This document shows, one piece after another, positions 23,376 through 34,960 of a stretch of DNA of 64,000 bases. The stretch spans positions 496,001 to 560,000 of the forward strand of contig CP060756.1 of assembly GCA_023205875.1 (NCBI GenBank). The letters are read 5' to 3'. The DNA is from Chloropicon primus (lineage: Eukaryota). The notes below the pieces were generated by a model. It ran no database searches. It was given only the letters and a program-made list of their open reading frames with translations, and was not told where the DNA came from. Each line of letters opens with the position of its first letter. The first letter of the stretch is position 1. Made by a program: the position numbers and the translations under genes.

Positions 23376-25589
23376 TTACTTGTCTTTGCTATCGATGAGT
23401 TTTTGAACGATGGATGGATCCGCCAAGGTCGAAGTGTCACTGAGCTGGTCGTACTCATTGGACGCGATCTTTCTCAATATGCGCCTCATGATTTTGCCAC
23501 TCCTTGTCTTTGGCAGCCCTGGGGCAAAGTGGATGGCGTCCGGTGCGGCAAAAGCTCCGATTTCTCTTCGAACGAGCATGACGAGCTCTTTGCGCAGGGT
23601 GTCGTTCGGCTCTGCCCCGGCCATCAAAGTGACGAAAGCGTAGATGCCCTGACCCTTCACGGGGTGCTCGTAGCCGACCACTGCGGCCTCGCAGCAAGAG
23701 TCGTGCATGTCCAAGGCGCTCTCCACTTCCGCTGTTCCGATCCTGTGTCCACTCACGTTGATGACATCGTCCACGCGTCCGGTGATCCAGTAATAGCCGT
23801 CGGCATCCCGTCGGCAGCCATCGCCGGTGAAGTAGTAGCCGTCGTAGTGCTTAAAATACGTGGTCTCGAACCTGGCGTGGTCGCCGTAGATCGACCTCAT
23901 CTGGGATGGCCAAGGCTGCTTGATCGCCAAGTATCCTTCGCAAGCCCCCTCCTGCTCTTGGCCCTTCTCGTCCAGGACAACGGGCTTGACCCCAAAGAAG
24001 GGGAAGGTGGCCGAGCCAGGCTTCATTCCCCAGGCACCAGGCAGGGGCGTGATCATGATGCCGCCCGTCTCTGTTTGCCACCAAGTGTCCACGATCGGGC
24101 AGTTCTTGTTTCCAACAACCTCGTGGTACCATTTCCAGGCCTCCGGGTTGATGGGCTCTCCGACACTTCCCAGCAGCCTCAGGGAGGTCCTCTGGTGCTT
24201 CGTAACCCAGTCGTTGCCGAAACCCATGAGGGACCTGATGGCAGTGGGCGCGGTGTAGAACTGCGTCACCTTGTGCTTGTCCACGATGCTCCAGCAGCGG
24301 CCCGCGTTCGGGTAGGTCGGGACGCCCTCGAAGACCAGGGTGGTCACGCCGTTGAGAAGGGGGCCGTAAGTCAAGTAGGTGTGCCCGGTCACCCACCCGC
24401 AGTCGGCGGTGCACCAGTAGATGTCGCCCGGCTTCGCGTCGAAGATGTACTTGACCGTGGTGTACGCACCGATCATGTAGCCAGCGGTCGTATGCAACAC
24501 TCCCTTTGGCTTCCCGGTTGATCCGCTGGTGTAAAGCATGAAAAGGGGGTCCTCGGAGTTCATCCACTCCACGGCGCACTCCTTCGGCTGGCTCAAAACG
24601 GCGTCCTCCCACCAGACGTCCCTGCCTTCCTTGAAGGTGCAGTTGTCCCTGGTCAAGGCGTGCTTGTTCTCGAGCACGACGCAGGTCTCCACGCTGTGCC
24701 CCTGTCCCTCGCAGAGCCCCAAAGCGTCGTCCACGATGTTCTTCAAGGGAATGAGCTTCTTGCCCCTGAGGACTCCTGACGTGGTGACCAAGACCGTGCT
24801 CTTGTTGTCAAGAATCCTGTCGCTCAGGGAGTTGGCACTGAAGCCCGCGAAGACCACGGAATGAATCGCACCAATGCGTGTGCACGCCAACATGGTCGCC
24901 GGGAGCTCGGGAAGCATAGGCATATAGATGTTGACCCTGTCTCCCCTCTTTACGCCCGCAGACTTGAGGTAGTTCGCAATCTGGCACACGAGGTCCTTGA
25001 GCTCCTGGTAGGTCAGCGTGGCACTATCCGTGGGCTCGTTGCCCTCCCAGATGATCGCCGTCTGGTCCCCTCTTCCCTGCTCGATGTTCCTGTCGAGGGC
25101 GTTGTACGACAAGTTCGTCTTCCCTCCAGGGAACCAGCTGATGTCAATCGCACCCTTAGTGTGGTGGTAGTTGTACGAAAACACATCCTTCGACTGATCG
25201 AAGTCCTCCTCGAAGTGAAGGCCGCCCTCCTTGATGACGTCCGACCAGAACCCTTTAGGATCCGCCAGGCTACGGTCGTACATCACCTTGTACTTGTCAT
25301 ACGAGTCCACTCCGCTGTTCGGGGCGAAACCCTCGGGCGGAGCCACCACCTCTCCTCCCGTCGCTTGCTTCGACATCCCTCTTCCCCTTGTGCTCTTCAC
25401 CCCAAGCCCACGACGACTCGGACACGCGGCGTGGTTCAACCTGGTGGTGGTCACTCTCTCCACCGTGACACAACGAATTCGCGACTCTTGGCCTCTCCTC
25501 CTCGCGTTCGAACGCCTCCCCGCCTCCTTGGTCTCTTGCCCTCGTGCTCTCGTACTCTTCGGTCCTCCCCTCGCGTTCGCCGCTCTCAT
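23376..25589 (-). CDS. ACS: Acetyl-CoA synthetase with probable organellar transit peptide
   Basis: YTSGSTGKPKG, DTWWQTETGG, GRVDDVINVSGHRIGTAEVE and LPKTRSGKIMRR. The leader is Arg/Ser-rich, and there is a second in-frame ATG at 25376. Confidence 0.95.
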   Translation of the reverse strand: MRAANARGGPKSTRARGQETKEAGRRSNARRRGQESRIRCVTVERVTTTRLNHAACPSRRGLGVKSTRGRGMSKQATGGEVVAPPEGFAPNSGVDSYDKYKVMYDRSLADPKGFWSDVIKEGGLHFEEDFDQSKDVFSYNYHHTKGAIDISWFPGGKTNLSYNALDRNIEQGRGDQTAIIWEGNEPTDSATLTYQELKDLVCQIANYLKSAGVKRGDRVNIYMPMLPELPATMLACTRIGAIHSVVFAGFSANSLSDRILDNKSTVLVTTSGVLRGKKLIPLKNIVDDALGLCEGQGHSVETCVVLENKHALTRDNCTFKEGRDVWWEDAVLSQPKECAVEWMNSEDPLFMLYTSGSTGKPKGVLHTTAGYMIGAYTTVKYIFDAKPGDIYWCTADCGWVTGHTYLTYGPLLNGVTTLVFEGVPTYPNAGRCWSIVDKHKVTQFYTAPTAIRSLMGFGNDWVTKHQRTSLRLLGSVGEPINPEAWKWYHEVVGNKNCPIVDTWWQTETGGIMITPLPGAWGMKPGSATFPFFGVKPVVLDEKGQEQEGACEGYLAIKQPWPSQMRSIYGDHARFETTYFKHYDGYYFTGDGCRRDADGYYWITGRVDDVINVSGHRIGTAEVESALDMHDSCCEAAVVGYEHPVKGQGIYAFVTLMAGAEPNDTLRKELVMLVRREIGAFAAPDAIHFAPGLPKTRSGKIMRRILRKIASNEYDQLSDTSTLADPSIVQKLIDSKDK

Positions 25590-26213
25590 CGCTCTGTAGC
25601 CCTCTGCTCCTCGCGATTTGGCCCCCTCGAGGAAAAAACGCCGTGCACCAGACAAACTAACGTCAGAAAACAGAATACGCTGGAAACAAACAAGTACGGA
25701 AATATTACCCATAACTCATAACAAGTCCTAACTACTTGGAGTTAAGATTTTTGTTTCGGAAATGTTTCATATTAGGATTCAGGTCTTCTCTCATCGAACC
25801 CTTTGCTCCCTTTACGACGTTAGCCTAGAAGTACGTGTCTGTCCTCTGCGTCGTATTTCCTTAATCAAATCCCAAGGCGGGCGGGTTCGTCCAAGGTGAG
25901 TGCAAAGAAGTCTCTTTCCGTTGAATTCGTCTCTTGTGTCAACGCGATGGGAGGAGAGCAGCAGAGCACGAGAGGTTCCCAAAGGTCCGGTCCTCAAGGC
26001 AGCAACGTTGCACCGAGTAGTGGGAGGAGTGTGGCTGAAAGGGACGACAGGTGGTCACCACAAGTTCGCTCCGGGGTCTCGAGAGGTTTCCAGGGACGCC
26101 TCACTCGACTATTTTGACGCTCGGGAGGGGGAGCCAAGCCAAGTGGGAGCGAGTGGAGTGACCCGAGGTGTCGTGCGTTGTGCTGTCGTCCCTGTAGGCG
26201 GCAGAGGAGGAGT

Positions 26214-26215
<2 letters not shown>

Positions 26216-26258
<43 letters not shown>
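26216..26258. repeat. (GA)n microsatellite; similar GA/CT/GT tracts near 3618, 39701, 54731 and 63128
   Basis: Dinucleotide run seen directly. Confidence 0.95.
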
Positions 26259-26260
<2 letters not shown>

Positions 26261-26284
26261 TCGCTACTGAGAGAGTCTCGTGTG

Positions 26285-27574
26285 ATGCAGTACGTGGCGC
26301 AGACCCCGCAGTACGAAGGGGCGGGGGGTCAGGCTCAGCAGTATGGATACGGAGACCCGACAGGCCAGCAGTACCAGGCTCAGCAGTATGGGCAGGACCC
26401 GAGCGCGTTTCAAATGTACGGAGGAGGGGGGGACTACCAGATGGCCGGAGGTGCGGGGATGGGGATGAAGCCGCCGAAGTACAACGTGACTGCGGTGTAC
26501 GCCGGGGAGAGTGACAGGGAGGGGATGCTGCACTTGCAGAACACGACGAAGAAGGCGTTGTGGCAGCCTCGGTACGTGGTGATAAAGGAGAACTACATGT
26601 TTCTGTTCAAGCGGTCTCCCCTTCTGCTGATGAGGAGGAGGTACCCAAGGCCAATGAGCTGGCTGATGAACACGCTGCGCAAGCTCAAGCAGGAGAAGCT
26701 CCTCAAGGTCATCTCCCTGGAGCACGCAGAGATAGAAATCGCAGAGAGCGCCACCATGCGGCCCAACACTTTCGTCGTGCACCACAAGGACACGAACGCG
26801 ATGGGGAAGTGGTTCTTCGCGTACTTCCTGGCGTGCGACAGCAGGCCCGAGATGGAGGACTGGATCAAGTTCCTCAAGGAGCAGAAGACCTCGCACTTGC
26901 AGAAGCGCTTGAGCCAGGTGGACGCCATCTTCTCGTCCCAGCTTCACGTCGTGACCAAGGAGCTGTACGAGGCCGAGAAGGAGAAGATGAAGATCGCGGA
27001 GGAGCTCATCGAGACGGAGAACGACCTCTTCAAGGCGATGAAGGAGGAGATCGAGTGCCTCCGGGCCGAGATCGAGCATGCCAGGCGCATAAAGCCCAAG
27101 CTGCCTCCGCCCAAGCCACCCTCGAGGCTGGTCGCCGCGGAGAAGGAGGAGGCGCCGAGGCCCAAGGTGGTGCCCCCCCCCGTGCCCGACGAGGTTGGCG
27201 GCGGGGACGAGGCCTTCCCCATACCGTACTTGGACGGCTTGGACGCCGATTCCCCTCCGCCAGACGAGCCGGAGCCCGAGCCGGAGCCCGCGCGGGCGCC
27301 GGAGGAGGAGGAGGAGGAGCTCGTCTTGGGCGCGGGCGTCTCGAACCAGATCATCGTGTACGAGGACGAAATCGACGACGACTACATCGTGGGCGAGGTC
27401 CTGATCACTTTAGAAGACACAGTCGAAGACCTGAGGGAAAGGGTAGAGGAGGAGCTGGAAATGGAAGACGGCTTTGTGATGATCTTGAACGAGCACGACC
27501 TGCTTTCCATGACCAACAGCCACAGGGTATACAAGTACCTCGGGCCGGAGAACGTCCTTGTCTTGAAGTACTGA
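26285..27574 (+). CDS. PH-domain / coiled-coil / Pro- and acid-rich protein of unknown function
   Basis: REGMLHLQ..KKALWQPRYVVIK...LACDSRPEMEDWIKFL is a PH pattern. Strong codon bias. Confidence 0.78.
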   Translation: MQYVAQTPQYEGAGGQAQQYGYGDPTGQQYQAQQYGQDPSAFQMYGGGGDYQMAGGAGMGMKPPKYNVTAVYAGESDREGMLHLQNTTKKALWQPRYVVIKENYMFLFKRSPLLLMRRRYPRPMSWLMNTLRKLKQEKLLKVISLEHAEIEIAESATMRPNTFVVHHKDTNAMGKWFFAYFLACDSRPEMEDWIKFLKEQKTSHLQKRLSQVDAIFSSQLHVVTKELYEAEKEKMKIAEELIETENDLFKAMKEEIECLRAEIEHARRIKPKLPPPKPPSRLVAAEKEEAPRPKVVPPPVPDEVGGGDEAFPIPYLDGLDADSPPPDEPEPEPEPARAPEEEEEELVLGAGVSNQIIVYEDEIDDDYIVGEVLITLEDTVEDLRERVEEELEMEDGFVMILNEHDLLSMTNSHRVYKYLGPENVLVLKY

Positions 27575-27904
27575 CCAGTAAACAACTCTCAACAATAATC
27601 CAATCACTGTAATTTGTACCACCACCAACAGGCCGAAGCTGAAGCAGAGAAGAAAGGAAGGGATCACTCGAGGAGAGAACCAACGGAATGGGAAGGGAGG
27701 GACGGTACTCCCCCTCCTAACCTCCTTTCCTCCCCGCTGCATTGCATTGCATTGCTCCATCCATTACCATTAAAGGACTCTCTCTCTCTCGTCATTGAAG
27801 TGGAAGTCTGATCGAAGATCAAGATCTCCTGGTTGTGGATAACGTCAACGTCAGTTCTCTGGTGGCGACGACGGACGAAGCGAAGCTGAATACGAGTGCG
27901 TACG

Positions 27905-28627
27905 ATGAGAGGGTCTGCTTCGTGTGCAAGAGGGAGGTCGGCTTTGCCCGGCGCTAGCAAGCGTGCGAGTGGTTCGACCGCCGCGTCGCGCCTGCGACGT
28001 TGCGTGCGCGAGAGAACGACTACTCCCCGCTGCTTCGAAAGGAGGGTGCACCAGCACCAGCACCAGCACCAGCAGCATGGAAGGGTGAGCGTGGTGGCCA
28101 GGGCGACGACCGGAAGGGTGAGCGTGGGGGACGCCGCGCCCGAATTCGAGCTTCTCGCGGGAGGGTTCCAGCAGGTGAAGCTCAGCGACTACGAGGGAAA
28201 GAAGTTGGTGCTGGCGTTTTTCCCTTGCTGCTTCAGCGGTGCCGTGGACGACGGCTGCCAGTGCCAGCTGGAGTCCTTGAAGACCCTGACTGATGCCGGG
28301 GTCTCCGTGCTCGGGGTGTCGAGGGACCAGCCCTTCACGCAAAAGGCTTGGATGGACAAGATAGGCAATCCCTCCCTGTTGACTTTGAGCGACTTCAACC
28401 TGGACGTGTCCGAGGAGTACGTGGGCACCTTCAACTTCGGTGCCTTCTTGGACGGCCTGGGGGTCTCCAAGGGCCTCACGGGCTACCTCACCTCGAACCG
28501 CGGGACGATCGCGATCAACGAGGAGGGCAAGATCGTGTACAAGTGGATTGCTCTGGACGACGCGGGGAAAAGCCACCCAGGCTTCCTGCCAGACATCGAG
28601 GAGGTGAAGAAGGCTCTCGGGGTCTGA
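27905..28627 (+). CDS. Peroxiredoxin-like AhpC/TSA protein with transit peptide and atypical active site
   Basis: VGDAAPEFEL...VKLSDY.GK.LVLAFFP, VLGVS.D.PF, LSDFN and R.T..I.EEGKI.Y.W motifs. Confidence 0.85.
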   Translation: MRGSASCARGRSALPGASKRASGSTAASRLRRCVRERTTTPRCFERRVHQHQHQHQQHGRVSVVARATTGRVSVGDAAPEFELLAGGFQQVKLSDYEGKKLVLAFFPCCFSGAVDDGCQCQLESLKTLTDAGVSVLGVSRDQPFTQKAWMDKIGNPSLLTLSDFNLDVSEEYVGTFNFGAFLDGLGVSKGLTGYLTSNRGTIAINEEGKIVYKWIALDDAGKSHPGFLPDIEEVKKALGV

Positions 28628-28716
28628 TGGAAGCCAGCGCGGCGCTCAACGACCTTGGATGGAATATAGTAACACACAATTCGAATACAAGTGTACAAGG
28701 TTTGCTCCCTGCCTAC

Positions 28717-30123
28717 CTACAGGGAGTCTCTCAAGTTCCTCTGAATCTTTTGGATGTTCCTAAACACGGTCTTGCCGAACACCCCAGACCCGCGCATGGT
28801 CTTTATCCTCTCCATCGCCCTCTTCGGGGGCACCGTGCAGTTGAAATACGTGTTGTCCGACGGTGTGCTGCTCCAGTCGACCTTCTCGTAGATGCCGTGG
28901 CTCTCGACGGTCTGGTAGCTCAAGGGGCCGTTCTGGTTAAGCCAAGTCGTGCAGAGGGCTGCCTGGCACGGTGGCCTCTCCATCCCGCCAGTCTCCCGCT
29001 CGATCGCAAGGATACGCTCGTTGAACAGAAATTGTATCCTTGGCAAAGGGAGGTCATTTGGCTCGTACAGGAAAGGGTCCTCGAGGTCCCTCGCAATCTC
29101 ATTCAGCGTCCAGTAGGTGAACGTCGCAATGAACGCCAGGAACGCACCAAAGTATAGACTGGTGATCCAGACCCACATCAGAATGGGCACCGTGACGGTA
29201 TAAATCACGAGAACAAGCACGATGGCGTTCGAGTACGGGAAGGGGAAAGGAATGTCGGCAACCCCCCTGCACTGGTTGAAAGCGTTCATCGCGTCGCTCA
29301 GCACCTGGTACGACCTCGACAAAATTGGAGGGTGCGTCTTCAGCCCCCCGCTCTCGGTCCTTGCTAGGATCAAGCGGTGCAGCCAACTGTAGATGGTCTC
29401 CACCCTGACCGCCGCGGGGGCCAGGTGCCCGATGTACAAGTCCCCGCCGTCCATCAGTGGGTACAAGGCGTCCTTCTCCTCCTCCTCAAGCCCCCCGACA
29501 ACGAGCAAGGGGGTTAGGCTGTTGTACACGTCCTGGGCGTACTGAGTCGTCTGCAGACACAAGATCGTGTTCCAGTAGCTGGCAGAGAAGAGCATCTTCT
29601 TCACCATGGGCAGCTTGTGCGAGTCTTGCACCGGGTGCTTCCCAGGAACGTGGGCCCTTAGGTTCTCCAGATTCCAGTCGGACCGCAGGTACTGGAACAT
29701 GACGCCGTGCAGGAGGCTGACCATGTGGATGAAGGCCCGCCTGAACTCCGTGCTCTTGATCTTGGCACTCTCACTGCTGCAGAGCAAGTCAAAGCAGCAG
29801 ATCTGGGCCACACACTCCACGAGCTTCCCCGATATGGTCTGGAGGTCGTTCCTCGCCTGATTGTATCGCTGGTAAGCTGAGCCGTTCCGGAACACCACGG
29901 CGAAACCAACGATGTACGCGAACGTTTGGTACGCGTAAGGATGCCTCCACCCGTCCTCGCCACCAATCCCCGGGACGTTCGCGCCGTCCCCACCCAAAAC
30001 GTTCAGCAACACGGTCATGATGGCGCTCAAGCTTGCAGGAAGGATGGTCCGAATCCACGCTGCCCCGTGTATGCGAAAGAGCAGGGAGTAGGGAGAGGGG
30101 AACCCCTTCCTGTACGTTATCAT
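28717..30123 (-). CDS. Bestrophin-like (UPF0187/YneE-type) anion channel
   Basis: TM segments, VFRNGSAYQRY, PFPFPY and EIARDLEDPF..EPNDLP. Confidence 0.87.
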   Translation of the reverse strand: MITYRKGFPSPYSLLFRIHGAAWIRTILPASLSAIMTVLLNVLGGDGANVPGIGGEDGWRHPYAYQTFAYIVGFAVVFRNGSAYQRYNQARNDLQTISGKLVECVAQICCFDLLCSSESAKIKSTEFRRAFIHMVSLLHGVMFQYLRSDWNLENLRAHVPGKHPVQDSHKLPMVKKMLFSASYWNTILCLQTTQYAQDVYNSLTPLLVVGGLEEEEKDALYPLMDGGDLYIGHLAPAAVRVETIYSWLHRLILARTESGGLKTHPPILSRSYQVLSDAMNAFNQCRGVADIPFPFPYSNAIVLVLVIYTVTVPILMWVWITSLYFGAFLAFIATFTYWTLNEIARDLEDPFLYEPNDLPLPRIQFLFNERILAIERETGGMERPPCQAALCTTWLNQNGPLSYQTVESHGIYEKVDWSSTPSDNTYFNCTVPPKRAMERIKTMRGSGVFGKTVFRNIQKIQRNLRDSL

Positions 30124-30360
30124 GGCGACCTCTCGTTAAAAAAAAACCCTCGTCCCTTGCACGAGGTCAACAAGCTTGAGGACAACTGAACCGCCACCCA
30201 CCACTGGGGCGCTCGCTGCTGCTTTGCGCGTTATGTTCAATTCCCAACTCGTCAGGGAGGACGAGGAGAGGAGAGGAGGAGAGAAGAACAAGGTGGTTGT
30301 TTGGATGATTGGATGATTGGATGAATAAGATGGATGGAATTACAAAAGCGGGTTAAGGTT

Positions 30361-31178
30361 TCAGTTTTGCATGTCCAAATGGAGGACGTACTTGGTCATC
30401 TCCTCCAAGCCGGTGCCTGGGATGTACCGGGAACCTTCGCTGGAGTCTTCGCAAGCCTTGTCTGAGATTTCGATAGTGTTGCTCGAAGGATCCAGTTTCC
30501 AACCGTTCTTCTCGACCACCTGGAGCGCTTCGTCCATGGTGCACGCCAGCATCGAGGTCAGGGCGTCGAGAGATATCGAGGTATACGCCTTTGTGATGAT
30601 CCTCTGCACCCTCGACCTCGTCTCCGCTGCGAGCTGCCCCATGAGAGGCAGCAAGAGCTCGCTCCAGGGGTGGGCCGACACGTTCTTGTGGAACCCCACG
30701 TAGTCCTTCTCCCACAGCGTCTTCAGCACCTTGCAGACGTTCTGGATCTCCGCGTTCTCTCGCAAGGTGTCCGGCACCCTCTTCCAGCAAAACCTCGCGT
30801 CGTTCACCTGGCCCGCGATGAGGTGGCACACGATCTGCGCGGAGTACACCCACTCGAGCTGGCAACTTGCTTCCCCGGCCGTCTGAAGGAAACCACGAAA
30901 ATGGGAACCGACGGGATCAAAAGAGGGCCAAAGCCATTCGTCAGCGCGAACGCAAACAACACGACGAGAGGGTTGACGACGATGCAGAACGATCGCAATA
31001 CCCAGTCACTCTTGGGGCGACCATTCGGGGTCACCGCCTTCCTTTCTCCCACAACGCCGAACACTTCCTCCGAATCGCTCGCCGAAGCGCACGAACTTAC
31101 CTCGAGCTCAATCCTCTCGCACGTCTTCGCGGCCTCCGCATACTTCCCCTCCGCAACCCTCCTCTTCACGTCCTCCAT
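30361..31178 (-). CDS. CSN8: COP9 signalosome subunit 8; intron 30883-31100
   Basis: CERIELE|TAGE... joined by GTAAGT/TTCAG. NDARFCWKR.P, I.KAY.SIS and YVLHL are CSN8/PCI motifs. Confidence 0.9.
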
Positions 31179-31573
31179 CTCCTTCTCCCTCTTGCTCGAC
31201 AGGTTGAGGGGTCAAACGATCGATCACAAGAGATCCCCCTTCATCACACGACACAAACACCCGTCACTCGTAACAACCGCCTTTCCCTCTCCCTCTCTGT
31301 CTCTCTGTCTCTCTATCTCCTCGATCCCACACCTCTTTCGTGTCGTCGTCCGGTGTTCACCAGTTCGTCGTTCCTTTCGAACGAGAGCTCTTTCGAAAGA
31401 TCAAGATACGACGCTTCGTTCTGCGCACAAAAACCTCCCCCTCCCCCTCGCCCTTGCCCTCCGTCTCTCGTCGTCTCTCGCCCTCCGCCTCTCTCTCCGT
31501 CTCTCTCTCTCGTGCGCCGCGCGATCTCTTGGCTCTTGGCGGAGAAGAGAGAAGAGGACGAAGACGAGCGACG

Positions 31574-32320
31574 ATGAAGGTGTTGAGGAAGACGCTGGCA
31601 ACGTGCGGGAACCCGAGGACGGCGACGAGGAGGGCGACCTCGTCGACGAACGGGACAGGACCAAGGAACTCGTCCTCCTTTCGCTCCGGTTCTCGTTCTT
31701 GTTCCAACAGAGGCGGGACGACGAGGGCATTCGCCAGAGCTGCTGGTGTGGGAACAATCTGCCTCTTTGGTTTGGGAGGAGGGAAAGCTCAGGCGAAGAT
31801 GGCGACGTGGCCACCGGAGGGGAACAAGCTTCCGTTGGCAACTTTCGCGGCCGGATGCTTCTGGGGCGTGGAGCTGAGGTTCCAGCGCGTGGAGGGGGTG
31901 GAGAAGACTGCCGTGGGGTACATCCAGGGCGAGGTGGAGAGCCCGACGTACGAGATGATCTGCAGTGGGATGACCGGACACACCGAGGCGGTTCAGATGA
32001 CGTACGACCCGAGCGTCGTGACCTTTGGAGAGCTTTGCGACGTGTTCTACGCGGGCCACAACCCGAAGCAGCTGAATCAGCAAGGAAACGATGTGGGAAC
32101 TCAGTACAGGAGTGGGATTTACTACCACGACGAGGAGCAGAAGAAGGTCGCGGAGGAGAAGAAGGCCCAGGTCGAGGGGGCGGTCACCGAGGTCCAGGCC
32201 GCCGCCAGGTTCTGGCCCGCGGAGGAGTACCACCAGCAGTACTTGGAGAAGGGGGGAAGGTTTGGCTCCGGGCAGTCGGCCGCGAAGGGCTGCACCGACA
32301 AGATTCGATGCTATGGCTAG
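31574..32320 (+). CDS. MSRA: Peptide methionine sulfoxide reductase A (plastid-targeted)
   Basis: [44 protein letters not shown] and IRCYG. Confidence 0.95.
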   Translation: MKVLRKTLATCGNPRTATRRATSSTNGTGPRNSSSFRSGSRSCSNRGGTTRAFARAAGVGTICLFGLGGGKAQAKMATWPPEGNKLPLATFAAGCFWGVELRFQRVEGVEKTAVGYIQGEVESPTYEMICSGMTGHTEAVQMTYDPSVVTFGELCDVFYAGHNPKQLNQQGNDVGTQYRSGIYYHDEEQKKVAEEKKAQVEGAVTEVQAAARFWPAEEYHQQYLEKGGRFGSGQSAAKGCTDKIRCYG

Positions 32321-32405
32321 GCTGTTTGCTGTCTCTTCCTGGTATTAAATTTCTTTTTGACTTTGAAATCGAAACAAGCAATCGCAGGCACCTCGCTGCC
32401 CCGCG

Positions 32406-34682
32406 TCACTTCTCTTCCAGCAGCAGACACGAGTACGGCGCCACCCGGTACACGCTCCCCTCGATCGCTCTCACGCCCTCTGCGTCAAAGTCCTTTGGGC
32501 TCGCCAAGTTCGTGTCGACGACTCTGTGCCACCTCTTCCCGCTCGCCGGCTTCGGCAAAGCGTTCTCAACCCAGTAGCCGTGGGCATTGAAAGCGACGTA
32601 GATGCTCCTGGCACCCAGGTGGCCGCCATGCAGGGTGAAGGACAAGAAGCAGCTCTCCTCGTTGCCCCAGTTACTTTCGTGCCACGTGATATCCCTGCTC
32701 CTGAGAAATTCGGACCGCCCAAGCAAGGGCGAGCTCCTTCGGTAGTGAATCAGCCCCGCGTAAAACCTGAGAAAGTTCCTGGACGCCTCCTCCCCCTCGA
32801 GCTGGTCCCATCGAAAGTAGTTCATTCGCCTGTCCAGTCCGTAGGTGTTGTTGTTCCCAAGCGTGGAACGCCCGTACTCGTCCCCCATCAGCACCATCGG
32901 CGTGCCCTGAGAGACCATGAGGGCCATGTGAAAGTTCTTCCTTTGCCTCACTCTCAGCTGGTTGATCTGGTCGGAGGAGGTGTCGCCCTCGGCCCCGCAA
33001 TTCCAGGAGAAGTTATCGTTGCTCCCATCCCTGGACTCCTCCCCGTTGTCCTCGTTGTGCTTGGAGTTGTACGAGACGAGGTCGTTCATCGTAAAGCCGT
33101 CATGGGCTATCACAAAGTTGACCGAATGGAAGGGTTTCCTGTTGTTGTAGTTGTACAAGTCCGCAGACCCCGCGAGCCTGGTAGCAAAGGCCGTCTTCAT
33201 TCCAGGGTCCCCCTTGATGAAGCGCCTGACATCATCCCTGTACTTGCCGTTCCACTCGGCCCACACGTCCCAGTTTGGGAACGACCCCACCTGGTACAAT
33301 CCACCGCAATCCCAAGGCTCGCTGATGAGCTTCACCTTGGACAGCACCGGGTCTTTGGAGATCGCTCCGATCAGCGGCGGGTTCTGCAGCGGCTTCCCCC
33401 TCGGGTTCCTGCACAAGGCGCTGGCCAGGTCGAACCTGAACCCGTCCACGTGGTACTCCTCCACCCAGTGGCGAAGGCTGTCCAAAATCAGGTCGGACAC
33501 GACCGGGTTGTTGGCGTTCACAGTGTTTCCACACCCCGAGTAATTCAGGATCCGCTCATAGCTCTCCGGGTCCTGCATGTAGTACGTGCTGCAATCGATC
33601 CCCCTGAAGCTCAAGAGGTAGGGGTTGGTGTCCCCTCCCTCTGCCGTGTGGTTGTACACGACGTCGAGCACCACCTCGATGCCGTTGGCGTGCAAGTCCT
33701 TCACCAGCTCCTTGAACTCCAGGGCGGCCTTGGCAGGCCCTCCGCCGCCCGAACCGAACCTGGACATGGGGGCGAAGAAGTTGATGTGGGAATAGCCCCA
33801 CACGTTCACCATGTGATCCCTTGGGTTCGGACTTCTTTGGAACTCCAACTCGTCGTACTCGAAGATGGGAAGGAGCTCAACGCAGGTCACCCCGAGGTCC
33901 TTGAGGTGGGGAATCTTCCTCCTCACGCCCTCAAAGGTCCCCCGGGAGCCGGCAGGTAGCCCGCTCGACTCGTCCGACGTGAACAGCCTCACGCTCATCT
34001 CGTAAATCACGGTGTCCTTCCACTCCGTCCCTGGCTTCCTGTACCCCTCACCCCAGTCGAAGTCCGTCAGCGCCGCGTCGTCAAAATCGAAGGTGCCCCA
34101 GAACGAGGACCCCGTTTCCGGCTCGAAGCCCTCGGCCTCGTCCCTCACCCCGAACTCCTTCCTGCCAAGATACACCAGAGGGGCGTAAGGGTCAAGGAGG
34201 ATCCTGTCCGAGTCCCACCTGTGGGTCGTCTCCCAGCCTCCGGAACCCTCCACCCTGACGCCGTACACAAGCCTAGATGGGTGAGGGACGTCGTGAAGGC
34301 GAACGTGGAAGGTGTTCCTCGTCCTGTGCATGGGGAACTCCTGGATCACCTCGGGCCTTCCGGACGACGTTGCTACGGCGAGGCACAGCCTCATGGCCCT
34401 TGCGTTCTCCGAAACAACCGCGAAGTTGACGGCCGTCGTCACTCCACCCGATCGCCCCGCCGGCGACGGGCCGAGGGGCCGAGGCTCCCCCTCGCTCGCC
34501 CACGCCGTCCCTTCCCCACTGTCCGTGGACAACCTCCCATCCGACACCGCTCTCGTCCTCCCCAAGTGTCGAGGCATCAAGTGGGCACGGGATGTGTCGA
34601 AGCCTCGTGGCCTTCCCGATCGCTTGGCCGGGCCTCGAGCGGGTCCCCTCAGTCTGCTCCCTACGCGCGCCCCGTGCATCAT
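32406..34682 (-). CDS. ISA3: Isoamylase 3 (starch-debranching GH13)
   Basis: NPRDHMVN.WGY, DVVYNHT, DGFRFDLAS, ISEPWD and AHDGFT, with a transit peptide from ATG 34682. Confidence 0.93.
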   Translation of the reverse strand: MMHGARVGSRLRGPARGPAKRSGRPRGFDTSRAHLMPRHLGRTRAVSDGRLSTDSGEGTAWASEGEPRPLGPSPAGRSGGVTTAVNFAVVSENARAMRLCLAVATSSGRPEVIQEFPMHRTRNTFHVRLHDVPHPSRLVYGVRVEGSGGWETTHRWDSDRILLDPYAPLVYLGRKEFGVRDEAEGFEPETGSSFWGTFDFDDAALTDFDWGEGYRKPGTEWKDTVIYEMSVRLFTSDESSGLPAGSRGTFEGVRRKIPHLKDLGVTCVELLPIFEYDELEFQRSPNPRDHMVNVWGYSHINFFAPMSRFGSGGGGPAKAALEFKELVKDLHANGIEVVLDVVYNHTAEGGDTNPYLLSFRGIDCSTYYMQDPESYERILNYSGCGNTVNANNPVVSDLILDSLRHWVEEYHVDGFRFDLASALCRNPRGKPLQNPPLIGAISKDPVLSKVKLISEPWDCGGLYQVGSFPNWDVWAEWNGKYRDDVRRFIKGDPGMKTAFATRLAGSADLYNYNNRKPFHSVNFVIAHDGFTMNDLVSYNSKHNEDNGEESRDGSNDNFSWNCGAEGDTSSDQINQLRVRQRKNFHMALMVSQGTPMVLMGDEYGRSTLGNNNTYGLDRRMNYFRWDQLEGEEASRNFLRFYAGLIHYRRSSPLLGRSEFLRSRDITWHESNWGNEESCFLSFTLHGGHLGARSIYVAFNAHGYWVENALPKPASGKRWHRVVDTNLASPKDFDAEGVRAIEGSVYRVAPYSCLLLEEK

Positions 34683-34960
34683 CCTCGCCTCCACACAGAG
34701 GCAGCCAGCTCCCTCGTTCTCCTGCACGTCCTCGTCGAGATCAAGATCTTCAATAATATCTCCAGGAGAGAGGGGAGAGGGGAAAGGGGAGGGGAGGGGG
34801 ATGGAGGAGGGGAGGCCCACTGTCCTGCTGTACTCCGAACCATTTCATTTTCTCCTCCCTGTGCGCGTGCTTGTCTCATCCAGGGGGTGGGGTGCGACTC
34901 GCTTCGGCTTCACCCCAACACAACGCCGGAGGGAGGGGATGCGGGGAGGGAGGTGGATCG

